Shown here one piece after another: positions 1-8,988 of a stretch of DNA of 54,661 bases. The stretch is from a virus. Lineage: Duplodnaviria; Caudoviricetes. Positions within the stretch are counted from its first letter, which is position 1. The number at the start of each line of letters is the position of its first letter. Where the stretch lies: positions 1-54,661 of IMG/VR virus record IMGVR_UViG_3300025030_000021. One strand, written 5' to 3'. The notes below the pieces were generated by a model, which had not been told where the DNA came from, ran no database searches, and was given only the letters and a program-made list of their open reading frames with translations. The translations under genes were made by a program, and so were the position numbers.

Positions 1-127
1 ACTCATGGCCGAACCGCCTCTGCCTTCGGTCCACTACACTCTTCGCAGAGAGTTACCGGAGTAGCCGGGCCAAATCCGCACCAGTCACAAGAACCGTCGC
101 CAGGATGCGGGACCAGCGATTGGAGGG
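1..127. repeat. Terminal direct repeat, copy 1 (identical to 54535..54661); probable assembly overlap of a circular genome
   Basis: Bases 1-127 match the last 127 bases exactly, and the ORF at 3..359 runs through the junction. Confidence 0.95.
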
Positions 128-359
128 TGGTATTCTCAGCCGTCAACCACTCCACCTCGGTGCGACGAGCTTTCGACCTCTCCACGCCCGATCTAGCCTC
201 GGCTGGCATCACTCCCAGTTCAGCCAGCGCCGTTTCCAGTCGCTCCACCTCGGCAGTCCGAGAATCGGCCCCCGATTTGTACGCATGGCGGATCATATCG
301 TTAAAGCTGCACGGCATACGCCGGAATTTATCGCACATTTCATCTGTTAGGCTCTGCAT
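3..359 (-). CDS. Hypothetical early protein with coiled coil and C-terminal CxxC...CxxC
   Basis: ORF 3..500; GGAGGAGG RBS before MQSLTD at 359; CDWC...CEEC. Confidence 0.6.
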   Translation of the reverse strand: MQSLTDEMCDKFRRMPCSFNDMIRHAYKSGADSRTAEVERLETALAELGVMPAEARSGVERSKARRTEVEWLTAENTTLQSLVPHPGDGSCDWCGFGPATPVTLCEECSGPKAEAVRP

Positions 360-595
360 CTCCCCTCCTCCCGCTCTCGCGGGTGATATTACCTTCTGCC
401 AGCACACTCGTAGGGCTTGTCGGGGTGCGCGTTGTATTCGCAGTAGTTTGTGCCACAGCCGTGTTTCCTGATATTCCCCATGCATTTCCCGCACTGACAA
501 TCTAAGTTTTTACACTCGGCACATTCCGGCTTTGGAACCCCCGTCAATCTTCGCATAGACGTCATCCCTCTCCTCATGCGCCCCCCGAGGGGCGG

Positions 596-814
596 TTAGT
601 TGCCCGCCTTTGCCGCCATAATCGCCAGATACATCTCGGCTTTTAACTCATCTGGAATCCTGGCTATCACCTCCCGCGTCTGGACGGTATCTGCCACAAA
701 AGAAGCGGTGAGCAACATAAGGAGCATCCATCCAGCAGCCCACCCAAATGAGCCAGCCGCCAGCGATACCATCAACATGAGAACCGACACGCCAAAGCAG
801 ACATAATTCAACAT
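596..814 (-). CDS. Small membrane protein
   Basis: Two hydrophobic segments; GGAGGGAG RBS. Confidence 0.65.
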   Translation of the reverse strand: MLNYVCFGVSVLMLMVSLAAGSFGWAAGWMLLMLLTASFVADTVQTREVIARIPDELKAEMYLAIMAAKAGN

Positions 815-1001
815 ACTCCCTCCCGTTTCCCGCGATAGCGGGGTTAGACTACTTCTCTGATTTCGGCCATAACTTCTGCCATGACCTCCATCCCGAATAG
901 TGAATCAACCATGAAGCCGCTAGGGTCGTGGTAACACTTGATGAAGTACTCCCGGCTGTGTCCCGCCACGCTCCGGCAAAGTTCCTTGTATTCCCTGCGC
1001 G

Positions 1002-1310
1002 TCACATTCCCCCCCTTTGTCGGAACTCGTCACTCGCCCTGTAGTGGCACAACGCGTGCGCCCCCTGCCTGCTGCATCCGATTACCTTCCCAATGGCGCT
1101 AAAGGTCATCCCTTGCTCGCGTAGCGCCCTCGCCCGCTCCACGTTCCCGCTGGCAACTTTGCCCTTCCGCGCTCCAGTTGGCTGATAGTGGTACAATCTC
1201 GACGCGGCGGAGGGGGTGATGCCCATCTCGGCGGCTATGGCGCGGAAGGTGAGGCCGGAGGCGCGGAGGGACTTGGCCAACTTGTGGCGGATGATGTTAT
1301 ATGCGGTCAT
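1002..1310 (-). CDS. Tandem helix-turn-helix protein
   Basis: Two repeats: LRASGLTFRAIAAEMGITPSAA and LREQGMTFSAIGKVIGCSRQGA. Confidence 0.75.
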   Translation of the reverse strand: MTAYNIIRHKLAKSLRASGLTFRAIAAEMGITPSAASRLYHYQPTGARKGKVASGNVERARALREQGMTFSAIGKVIGCSRQGAHALCHYRASDEFRQRGGM

Positions 1311-1528
1311 GCGGGCACCTCTGTTTTATGCCCAACGCCAGCGGCTACCAACTCCGCATAAATACAAGACGTGCATCGGATGAAACGGGCGGACGACTCA
1401 CCCCAATCAACCGACAATGACGCCCCAAATATAGAGCACCCGCCCCCGGGAGTAGTATCGAGCCCGGGACAGTACGGGTGACAAAATTGAGGGTCAACAT
1501 TTTCCGGCACTTCTATCAGCAGTTTCAT
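1307..1528 (-). CDS. Cys-rich hypothetical protein
   Basis: ATGA-coupled start at MKLLIE; CxxxC and CxxC. Confidence 0.55.
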   Translation of the reverse strand: MKLLIEVPENVDPQFCHPYCPGLDTTPGGGCSIFGASLSVDWGESSARFIRCTSCIYAELVAAGVGHKTEVPA

Positions 1529-1725
1529 GCGGCCCTCGCTGCCATTTCGCAGGCTTCGGCGTAAGTTTCCAGGGTAGGGCAAGTTAGATCGTGGCTTTCG
1601 TTCCAAAGTTCGCAGAGTTTAACCCCATTTGCGGATGTCAACCTGCCGTTGCCGTCAGTAAATGGGCAGTGTCTACAGACAATTTCGACACCGCAAGCGC
1701 ATTCTTCTGGATTTTTAATCTGCAT
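1525..1725 (-). CDS. Cys-rich hypothetical protein
   Basis: GGGAGGG RBS before MQIKNP. Confidence 0.55.
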   Translation of the reverse strand: MQIKNPEECACGVEIVCRHCPFTDGNGRLTSANGVKLCELWNESHDLTCPTLETYAEACEMAARAA

Positions 1726-1790
1726 ATTCCCTCCCTGTACTAGATTGACGTTAACATTGCCGGATGCGCTCCGGCGGGCGGTTGGCGCAG

Positions 1791-2189
1791 TTAATTGCAC
1801 CAACCGGGATATTCCAATTTCTTCTTGGCGGCAGGCAGACAGGAGGCGCAAGCCTTGTTTGCGAATCCCACTTGGTGCAACTCTGAAACCTCACCGCAGA
1901 AGTGGCAGCGCAGATAGTTGCTAGTTATTGCGTCCCATCCATACACGCTTGGCGGCTTTATCGCGCAGCCGTCCGGCCCCCATATGCAAATCTGCGCCTC
2001 GTATTTCCATTTGCCGACATTGGTTCGACTCATGGCGTGAATCTTGTATCCGTCACGGACTAGGGTTGTCACCCTTTTGGCGGACTCGTTCTTGTACGTT
2101 GCGCGATGCTCCCACCCGTCCAGTTTGGCGGCTTCCCTAAAATCAATTACCCTCCGATACTCAGCCGCATCATTCGTAAAACCAAACAT
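1791..2189 (-). CDS. Hypothetical protein with C-terminal Zn ribbon
   Basis: Own promoter and RBS; CHFC...CASC. Confidence 0.7.
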   Translation of the reverse strand: MFGFTNDAAEYRRVIDFREAAKLDGWEHRATYKNESAKRVTTLVRDGYKIHAMSRTNVGKWKYEAQICIWGPDGCAIKPPSVYGWDAITSNYLRCHFCGEVSELHQVGFANKACASCLPAAKKKLEYPGWCN

Positions 2190-2222
2190 ATTTTCCCCCC
2201 GTTCCGCGTTTGTCTTAACCAT

Positions 2223-2271
2223 AGAATAGCACACTCCCCCACCATGTCAAGTAAAACTCTACCCAGTTAAG
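2223..2271 (-). promoter_or_regulatory. Sigma70 promoter with upstream 15-bp operator
   Basis: TTGACA-N16-TATTCT with TGn extension; operator at 2257..2271. Confidence 0.7.
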
Positions 2272-2609
2272 GAGATTTCCGAGGATAATTTGCACGACCC
2301 GCCACACTCCGCAATCTCTGAGCAGAGACACCCCTCGCCCTGGCACCACGACGCGCTCGACTGGGGGGAGGTGGGGGGAGTGACCGGGATATTGGCGAGC
2401 TTCCCCGGCTTCGCCCTCTTCTGCGCGATAGCGGCTAGTATCTCGGCGGGGGAGGATGACATGTGGGCGGTCACTTCGTCGTTAGTCCACAGCCGCCAAC
2501 GCTCAGACGGTTGAGACACCCACAATGCTTTAGCCTTATCCGTAGGACACTCCCACAATGACACCCCGCATACATCCAATATTATCATTGTAACCTCGCT
2601 ATGTTTCAC
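2259..2609 (-). CDS. Hypothetical protein, Cys-rich C-terminus
   Basis: ORF overlaps the stop of the upstream gene. Confidence 0.5.
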   Translation of the reverse strand: MKHSEVTMIILDVCGVSLWECPTDKAKALWVSQPSERWRLWTNDEVTAHMSSSPAEILAAIAQKRAKPGKLANIPVTPPTSPQSSASWCQGEGCLCSEIAECGGSCKLSSEISLTG

Positions 2610-3124
2610 TGTAGCGCCCGCACTGCATCTAGGAATTTGTAGCCGTCCCTCTCCATCAATACGTCTATTGGCCCGAATGACTTAGAACAAACAAAGCACC
2701 GGGCGATGTTGCCTTTAGCATAATGGCTAAGCGAGGGCGTTTTGTCTGTATGGCAAAAAGCTAGTGACTTGCCTTTTTGGAACTGGATCAATTCGGCTAC
2801 AGGATAGGCCCGCGCTCGGTCTTTCATCTCCTGTGTAACCTCGTTTTTGCTCGCCGGTTTACTCTTCCAGAATGCGTCAGCGTGCAGCCTCTTAATATCA
2901 TCTATGATCGCCCACGCCAGCGGCTTGCATAGAACGTCCCATGTCATTGGATCAGTTTCAACTTCAAGCCAAAAGTCTAGCTCATGCCATAGGTATGCCC
3001 GGCGTGAACTAATGGCATCCTTTAGCGACACTCCCATATCTAGCGCCGTTGCTTCTATGTCCCGTAGCCTAATTGGAGTAAATTTAAGGTATCTGCTGAA
3101 AAGATCCCCCTCACATCGCGGCAT
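2606..3124 (-). CDS. CHC2 zinc-finger (primase Zn-binding-like) protein without a TOPRIM domain
   Basis: FCHTDKTPSL...CFVC...GPIDVLM..DGYKFLDAVRAL matches the DnaG zinc-binding pattern. Confidence 0.75.
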   Translation of the reverse strand: MPRCEGDLFSRYLKFTPIRLRDIEATALDMGVSLKDAISSRRAYLWHELDFWLEVETDPMTWDVLCKPLAWAIIDDIKRLHADAFWKSKPASKNEVTQEMKDRARAYPVAELIQFQKGKSLAFCHTDKTPSLSHYAKGNIARCFVCSKSFGPIDVLMERDGYKFLDAVRALQ

Positions 3125-4643
3125 GGTTCGCCGCCTTTTCTCTACTTTTCGCGTTGCGGATATTCTGTGACTTTATCCACGACGAAACCGACTCGGTAAT
3201 TTTGGCCGGTTCGTGCTCCATACTTCTTGGGAAAACGCCGAATTTTTCCTTGTACTTGTGCGCTGCCCATCCTTGACTGAATCCCTTATTGCTGCAATGG
3301 CCAAGGAGCTGCGAATAAAACGACTGCTTCTCGTCATGGGTCGCTGGCTTGTCTTTGGGTTTCTTGCCCCCCATGCCAATGCCGCCCTTGTACACAATTT
3401 CACCTAGCACCCCATCAATATATTCCACATCCTGGCCGTATCTCCTCACCTCTGGTATGGTGCCACATCCAGGGCATTTGAGCTGGCCGGTATAGACTCT
3501 CCCGCATTTCAAGCAAGTGATTGGCCGAGAGTTCTTTTCTTTGCGTATGTCGTTCTTCTCGCTTGTCACCTTAACGGTTTCATCAAGAGTCCAATCACAA
3601 ATCTCTTCTACCGGCCCATGCTCCCAATAGACACCGGCATGGTCGAGAAGGATCATATCTTGCTTCCCATCACATATCCGCATACCTCGCCCAACGCATT
3701 GCAAGTACATAACAAGTGATTTGGTGGGCCGTGCCATTATGACGCATGAGATTTGGGGGATATCTACCCCCTCGGTAAAGACGGCACAGTTACACAAAAC
3801 CCTGACTTCGCCCTTGCGATATCGCCTCAATATCTCTTTGCGCTCTTCAACCTCACTCTTGCCGTCAACGTGCTCTGCTGCAATGCCCGCCGCTTGGAAT
3901 GCTTCACATAATGCGACCGAGTGCGCGACCGTAGCGGTAAAGCATATCGTTTGACGATCCTCGCCATACTGCTGCCAGTTTTCAATGATGCCTTTGGTTA
4001 TCTGGCCCTGCATCATGACCATGTTAAGTTGCTTCTCGTTGTAATCGCCAGCGGTGATTTTCACATCCTTCAAGTCCGGTTCAAACGGAGCGTAGTATCT
4101 GACAGGCACAAGGAACCCATCTTTTACTAGTTCTGCAACCGTGGCTACGGTTATAAGGGCGTCAAAAAGTTTCCCCAACCCTTTGCCTGACTTTCTCACC
4201 GGAGTGGCTGAAAAGCCAATTAAGAGCTTTTTCTGGAATGCTTCGATTACTTTGAGGTAAGTGTCGGCGGTCGCATGGTGCGCCTCGTCAATGACAATAA
4301 TGTCGGCAAGGTCGTAAGTTTTATGTTCCATGCGGCGAATTATGGTTTGTATGCTGGCAAGATTGACATTGTGGCGGGGGTCGTAAAGCTCGTTCGCCAT
4401 AATGATGCCGTGCGGAATGTTGTAGTGATCCATGTACGCGCTTACTTGGTTGAGTATTTCGCGGCGATGCACCAAAAACAAAACCTTGCTGCCTTTTGAA
4501 GATGCGCTATTGATAATGTGCGACAGCATGACGCCCTTGCCGCTGCCGGTAGGGGAGCAGACCATGATTCGGGTTTTACCTTGAACGAATGCTGCTTTGA
4601 TTTTATCAATTGCGCCCTGCTGATAATCTCGTAGTTCGTACAT
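3111..4643 (-). CDS. SF2 DEAD/DEAH-box helicase with C-terminal Zn finger
   Basis: LRDYQ, PTGSGKG, DEAHH, SAT, EGVD and QCVGRGMR motifs; CLKC...CPGC. Confidence 0.92.
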   Translation of the reverse strand: MYELRDYQQGAIDKIKAAFVQGKTRIMVCSPTGSGKGVMLSHIINSASSKGSKVLFLVHRREILNQVSAYMDHYNIPHGIIMANELYDPRHNVNLASIQTIIRRMEHKTYDLADIIVIDEAHHATADTYLKVIEAFQKKLLIGFSATPVRKSGKGLGKLFDALITVATVAELVKDGFLVPVRYYAPFEPDLKDVKITAGDYNEKQLNMVMMQGQITKGIIENWQQYGEDRQTICFTATVAHSVALCEAFQAAGIAAEHVDGKSEVEERKEILRRYRKGEVRVLCNCAVFTEGVDIPQISCVIMARPTKSLVMYLQCVGRGMRICDGKQDMILLDHAGVYWEHGPVEEICDWTLDETVKVTSEKNDIRKEKNSRPITCLKCGRVYTGQLKCPGCGTIPEVRRYGQDVEYIDGVLGEIVYKGGIGMGGKKPKDKPATHDEKQSFYSQLLGHCSNKGFSQGWAAHKYKEKFGVFPRSMEHEPAKITESVSSWIKSQNIRNAKSREKAANHAAM

Positions 4644-4654
4644 CCCTTATCTCC

Positions 4655-4846
4655 TTAGTAGTAAGGTGTTTGTATAGAGACAGAAACAGAAGCAGATACA
4701 TAAACAGAGTGTCCCGACACTTTACAGATTTTGCTTTTAAAATACGGCGTGTTGCAAAAATTACTTCGGGTTTACCCTACCACTTACCCCCCCTTAGTAA
4801 CCATGGGGGTAACCCCCGGGTAACATGTAGGGTAACGGCCATGTAA
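4655..4846. other. Putative replication origin region with GGTAAC/GTTACC iteron-like repeats
   Basis: Several GGTAAC/GTAAC/TTACC repeats at about 4770-4846, palindrome GTGTCCCGACAC and an AT-rich stretch, directly after the initiator-like gene. Confidence 0.5.
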
Positions 4847-5224
4847 CTACATCGGGCATCCGTCATCGTGCGTCAGTGTTCCGCCCTTTTTCCCCGAATA
4901 TTCGTCACGGTATTTGATTAAATTAGGGACGCCGATTATCAATTTACCGACACCGTTACTGCCGTCATATGACATGTCAATCAGCCCAACAGATTCAAAT
5001 TTTTTGAAAAAAACGCTCACTTTATGGTGGTGGCAACCAACCTTCCGCGCCCAAACGCTAAGAGAATATGCAGCTTCATACCTCTGGTTTTTCCCATCCA
5101 TTTGCAGTGCGATAACCTCTAGTAACGTCCACCAAAAACCAATACCCTCTAGCCCGAAAATATCTTTCATTTCCGAAAGCCTTTCATCGGAAGATGATGT
5201 TGCCATGTGCTTAAACCACCTCAA
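4847..5224 (-). CDS. Phage replication initiator N-terminal-domain protein (Lin1244/DUF4373-like winged helix)
   Basis: MRWFKH...D.RL......FGLEGIGFWW.LLE.IA pattern; TTG start with GGAGG RBS. Confidence 0.7.
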   Translation of the reverse strand: MRWFKHMATSSSDERLSEMKDIFGLEGIGFWWTLLEVIALQMDGKNQRYEAAYSLSVWARKVGCHHHKVSVFFKKFESVGLIDMSYDGSNGVGKLIIGVPNLIKYRDEYSGKKGGTLTHDDGCPM

Positions 5225-5254
5225 GTGAAACCTCCTGTGACTGCTGCCACAGTC

Positions 5255-5304
5255 TAAAAAAAGCGAGAAGCCACTAAACGCTGTGCAGGGCGTCTAGTGG
5301 CTTC
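5255..5304 (-). terminator. Intrinsic terminator/attenuator in the initiator leader
   Basis: Long stem GAAGCCACTAGACGC/GCGTTTAGTGGCTTC followed by a T7 run. Confidence 0.7.
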
Positions 5305-5394
5305 AAGGGTGCGGGCCGAATGGCCGTTACCGTTACGATTATGATCTGTCGATAGCCTGCACGCTCCGACAAAAGTTCGTTTTTTATTTGCCCC

Positions 5395-5444
5395 AGTCTA
5401 GCATAACTGCCCCACAAAGTCAAGATAAACTTCACTCAGTCAAG
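5395..5444 (-). promoter_or_regulatory. Sigma70 promoter of the replication operon with operator
   Basis: TTGACT-N17-TAGACT; operator at 5430..5444. Confidence 0.7.
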
Positions 5445-5456
5445 CCGGGGGATAAG

Positions 5457-6077
5457 TTAAAACAATTTCCCCTGCTGCTGGGCGCGTTCGATGCGCTCGC
5501 AGGCGATATCGAAGTATGTCCGCTCGAGTTCGATGCCAACGAAACGCTTCCCCTCTGCCGTGGCTACTGCGCCAGTAGTTCCGCTACCCATGCAAGGGTC
5601 GCAGATTGTAAGCGCGTCAGGCGGCAGTTGCGAGAGGGTCCAGTTCATGACCTTGTAGGGCTTTTGGGTCGGATGCTGCTTATCTTCGCCGCCCCAATGA
5701 TGGGAAAGGTGACGCGTCTGTTTTGCAAAGTCCGTCCATGCCATCTCGCACTCGGAGAATGACCGGCCATCATTTAGCTTGTGCCAGATAAGCCAAGAGT
5801 TAACAGGTGGCAGCGTGCTAGTGTAGTAGTTGCCACCCCAAAAGCAATGGTATTTGCCGACCGCTAGCATGGGCGCAAGGTCAATCAAGCCCGCGTCCCA
5901 TGCCTTGCCCCTTGCAAACTCTTTCTTGCCTGCACCAAGGGTCTGCTGGTTCGCATTGATACCATAAGGAGGATCGGTGACAACGGCATCAATGCCAGTT
6001 ATGCTCGGCAGCACTTCCCTGTAATCCCCCCACCACAGCTCCGCGTTGCCTATAATAACTTTCTCGGGTTCGCACAT
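5457..6077 (-). CDS. N6-adenine/N4-cytosine DNA methyltransferase (beta class)
   Basis: TDPPYG, HPTQKP, DPCMGSGTT and GIE motifs; start at MCEPEK coupled by TGATG. Confidence 0.9.
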   Translation of the reverse strand: MCEPEKVIIGNAELWWGDYREVLPSITGIDAVVTDPPYGINANQQTLGAGKKEFARGKAWDAGLIDLAPMLAVGKYHCFWGGNYYTSTLPPVNSWLIWHKLNDGRSFSECEMAWTDFAKQTRHLSHHWGGEDKQHPTQKPYKVMNWTLSQLPPDALTICDPCMGSGTTGAVATAEGKRFVGIELERTYFDIACERIERAQQQGKLF

Positions 6078-6300
6078 CACCTCCGCCCCCCGTCCATCGC
6101 CAGGTCCATGTTGACCACCAGCGGCCCCTGCGCCCATATCGAGTATCCGCATGAGCAGCAACGCTCTCTCGGGCCGCACGCGCCCACCTGACTTTCGTGG
6201 AAGGTGAGTGAACCGCATTTCTTACACTGTCTCTTGCCCGTATACTTTCCCGCCACTATCATACTTCCTCCTGTTTTATCGTTCAGTTGTCCATGCTTCA

Positions 6301-6519
6301 CTATTTCGCGCCGTCAACATCATCTTCGATTAATTCGTAAATAACGCGGTACTTTGCAACTTTATACTTTGCCGTGTTGCGAAAAACTCCGTGGCAGTTT
6401 GCGTTCCTTGCAGCCTCGGCGCTCCGAAAGTCATACTCGTCATGGCACGCTCGGCTATATGAGCCAACGTGGGTTCCAGTGGCTTTGTCGATGATGCGGA
6501 AGACCTCTTGTGGTTCCAT
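6301..6519 (-). CDS. Hypothetical protein
   Basis: AGGAGG RBS before MEPQEV; own promoter upstream. Confidence 0.65.
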   Translation of the reverse strand: MEPQEVFRIIDKATGTHVGSYSRACHDEYDFRSAEAARNANCHGVFRNTAKYKVAKYRVIYELIEDDVDGAK

Positions 6520-6613
6520 ATTCCCTCCTAGATAACAAAGTTCCCCCGACCGCAGAATTACGGAAGGGGGATTACCCGCGAGCACCACGGCGATGGTTGC
6601 GCGGGGTGAAAAC

Positions 6614-6664
6614 AATGTATGCTATTTGCGTAGCTGCGTCAAGCGTTTTCTTATCTTAGTTAAG
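6614..6664 (-). promoter_or_regulatory. Sigma70 promoter with operator
   Basis: TTGACG-N17-TACATT; operator CTTATCTTAGTTAAG at 6650..6664. Confidence 0.7.
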
Positions 6665-6691
6665 TTTATTTGCGTGAGATGGTCGCTGTCT

Positions 6692-6928
6692 TTATTGACC
6701 ATTGCCTGAGATTTTGCAACCGCCCGAGATGACAAACCCGGAAGGGTCAACATAGACACGCCCAAACTCACACAGTTCCCCGTTAACAGATATAGTCCGG
6801 GGTCCTACAACGTGTACGCCGTGAGCCACAAGGTAAGCGCCAATAGCTGTAGCGACTTCATCCCCGTCAAGTTCCACGTTTACGCCGGGGCCATATTCTG
6901 TGGTACCTTTCCCTAATTTTATATTCAT
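6692..6928 (-). CDS. Hypothetical protein
   Basis: GAGGGGG RBS before MNIKLG. Confidence 0.65.
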   Translation of the reverse strand: MNIKLGKGTTEYGPGVNVELDGDEVATAIGAYLVAHGVHVVGPRTISVNGELCEFGRVYVDPSGFVISGGCKISGNGQ

Positions 6929-7225
6929 TACTTCCCCCTCTCGCACCTCGCGGCAGCGGTCAGCTGTTGATACTATGTGAATCCAGCAAGCCACGTAAAA
7001 CAGTGAGCCAGCCATTATGGTCAATCATGAGTTGAACCTCCAATGGCATCTCTGCTATATTCAGCCGGACATGCTTAGCTGCCGATGCTATCTTGCAACT
7101 GGTGCACCGCGAATAGCCGTAGGCGTCTCGCTCAATCATTGTGTCCACCTCTCTAGTAATATAATACGGCAATAATACCCTCCACTGCATGACCGCGCAG
7201 GGCTACGCGTTAGCGTGGCATCGTT

Positions 7226-7504
7226 TTACATCCCCGACTGATAATCTCCACAGTTCCAGCAGATAATGCCCTTTGGTGAAATCATGAACATGTAGCAACC
7301 GCAGTTGCACGTCCACGCCTCATACTGCGGCTCGCACCCGTGCTTAAATAGCCCCTTCATGGTGTGGCACTCTGGACACTCAATATCTACCGTGCCAACG
7401 GGCGCAACTGATATCCACTCATGATGGCATCTTGCACAAAATGCTTCCCCTGACAGGTGAGGGCCGCGCTCGGTGCGGGAAGTCAGTTTAATAACTTTAT
7501 TCAT
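7226..7504 (-). CDS. Multi-CxxC Zn-ribbon protein
   Basis: CARC...CPEC...CNCG...CWNC. Confidence 0.7.
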   Translation of the reverse strand: MNKVIKLTSRTERGPHLSGEAFCARCHHEWISVAPVGTVDIECPECHTMKGLFKHGCEPQYEAWTCNCGCYMFMISPKGIICWNCGDYQSGM

Positions 7505-7739
7505 CACGGCCATTCGCTCCCCATCTGAATGATTGCCAACCTTCCACGGCCTTTGATGTTTGCAAGGGCGCACTCGCACAGGTCTTGTATTTTTTGACGG
7601 AGTATCTTATTTTCTTCGGCCAACGTGTCGTAGGCGTCGTCTATCTGAGTGGCAGAAATGAACTGTGACGGGGATATAAGTTTTGATTGGCTCACAGTAG
7701 CTCCTTCGCCGGATAATGCCCCGGCTGGCGATGGGTTGT

Positions 7740-7964
7740 CTATTTACACATCTCGCACACGGTTTGCCTGAAATTTGCCCTAAAGCTGTCATTAGTCATG
7801 TACATGGTCTGCATCTGCTCAGTCTTCTTAATCTGGCTTTGCAGATATGCCAGCATCATTTCTGTTCTTTCGTTTTCGGTTGCTGCCATATACGCACCAG
7901 CTGCACCGTCCGCTATAATCGCTGCCACAATTGATTTTGCTGTGCTTCCATCAAATCCGTTCAT
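7740..7964 (-). CDS. Hypothetical protein
   Basis: Promoter TTGACG-N17-TAGAGT at 8002..8030 and AGGGGG RBS. Confidence 0.6.
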   Translation of the reverse strand: MNGFDGSTAKSIVAAIIADGAAGAYMAATENERTEMMLAYLQSQIKKTEQMQTMYMTNDSFRANFRQTVCEMCK

Positions 7965-8108
7965 GTCATCCCCCTGCGTCGTTGTCGCTGCTTGTAGATA
8001 CACTCTAGCAAACGCTCCGCACTCCGTCAAGCTAAAACTTTACTCTGTGCAGAAAAATGTTGCTGATAAAAGAAAACCCCTACCGGAGTAGGGGGGTGAG
8101 GTGGTGAA

Positions 8109-8519
8109 TCATTCGTACCATGTAAATGTGAGCACACCCTCTTTGCCATTAATCTCGCCGATCCCTCGGAACGGGGCACCATGGGTGGCCGCAGCCGATA
8201 CCCTCTCCATCGTCAAGCCGCCATTGGTGACCAAAACCTCCGCACTAACACTCCGCTCCACCTTCGGCGGCTTCGGGCGCAAGTGGCTGCCGGTGAGCTT
8301 GACTAGCCCATCGTAATGGGCTGGATTGGGGCGGGTGAGGCCACAATAAACGACCACGCCTCTTGAGTCAAACCCCATCCACGATTCCACCTCAACCTCT
8401 TCCATCTCTGGCGGCGGGTGCAAGATCGAATTGACCCTGTTCGTAGTCTCGCGGCCGATATTGCAGCGTGCCGACAAATATTTGACAGCTTCTTTATATC
8501 GCTCCAACTCCGTTTGCAT
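8109..8519 (-). CDS. Hypothetical protein
   Basis: AAGGAGG RBS; terminator hairpin at about 8070-8097. Confidence 0.65.
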   Translation of the reverse strand: MQTELERYKEAVKYLSARCNIGRETTNRVNSILHPPPEMEEVEVESWMGFDSRGVVVYCGLTRPNPAHYDGLVKLTGSHLRPKPPKVERSVSAEVLVTNGGLTMERVSAAATHGAPFRGIGEINGKEGVLTFTWYE

Positions 8520-8578
8520 AATATTTCCTCCTTTTAGTACCCTCTCCCGCGAAGGAGATGGGGGGGTGGGGTGGTGTG

Positions 8579-8920
8579 TTACTCTTTCAGGTTATCTAGC
8601 GCGGCCTCTATCGCTTCGGTGAAGCCGCACCCGCCGTTATAATATTTGACGGTGAAATCTATAGTGCCGTCCTCTTGCACCTCAGCGTCAAAGATGTCCT
8701 CGCCTTCATCGTGCCGCTTTCTCTGGACAGAGAATATGGCGCTTTCGGTTACAACGTAGTATTCTGTGGAATCTTGTAACTCGTCAATCCATGTGTGGTT
8801 GTAGCTGGACAGTTCTAAGCCCAAGCCCTTGCATACACCCTCTGCAACCTGCTCAAGCGTCTGCCCTGTTGGATGCGGCACTCGCGTCAATTTGCCGGTG
8901 TAGTGGTCTGTCTCGCTCAT
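8579..8920 (-). CDS. Acidic hypothetical protein
   Basis: GGAGG RBS; C-terminal YYNGG.GF.EAIE motif. Confidence 0.7.
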   Translation of the reverse strand: MSETDHYTGKLTRVPHPTGQTLEQVAEGVCKGLGLELSSYNHTWIDELQDSTEYYVVTESAIFSVQRKRHDEGEDIFDAEVQEDGTIDFTVKYYNGGCGFTEAIEAALDNLKE

Positions 8921-8988
8921 ACTTGAAACCTCCGTTGTGGTTGAAACCCCCGACGATAGGCCGGGGGTAGTTGGCTAACTAGCTGATA

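Noticed and set aside
1-127. 127-bp terminal repeat as a biological DTR
   Set aside because: It falls inside a coding region and its length equals a common assembler k-mer, so a circular-contig overlap is the better explanation
590-1800. Integron attC sites between small early genes
   Set aside because: TAAC/GTTA ends occur, but the paired L boxes and symmetric long hairpins are missing, and the integrase shows no sign of being IntI-like
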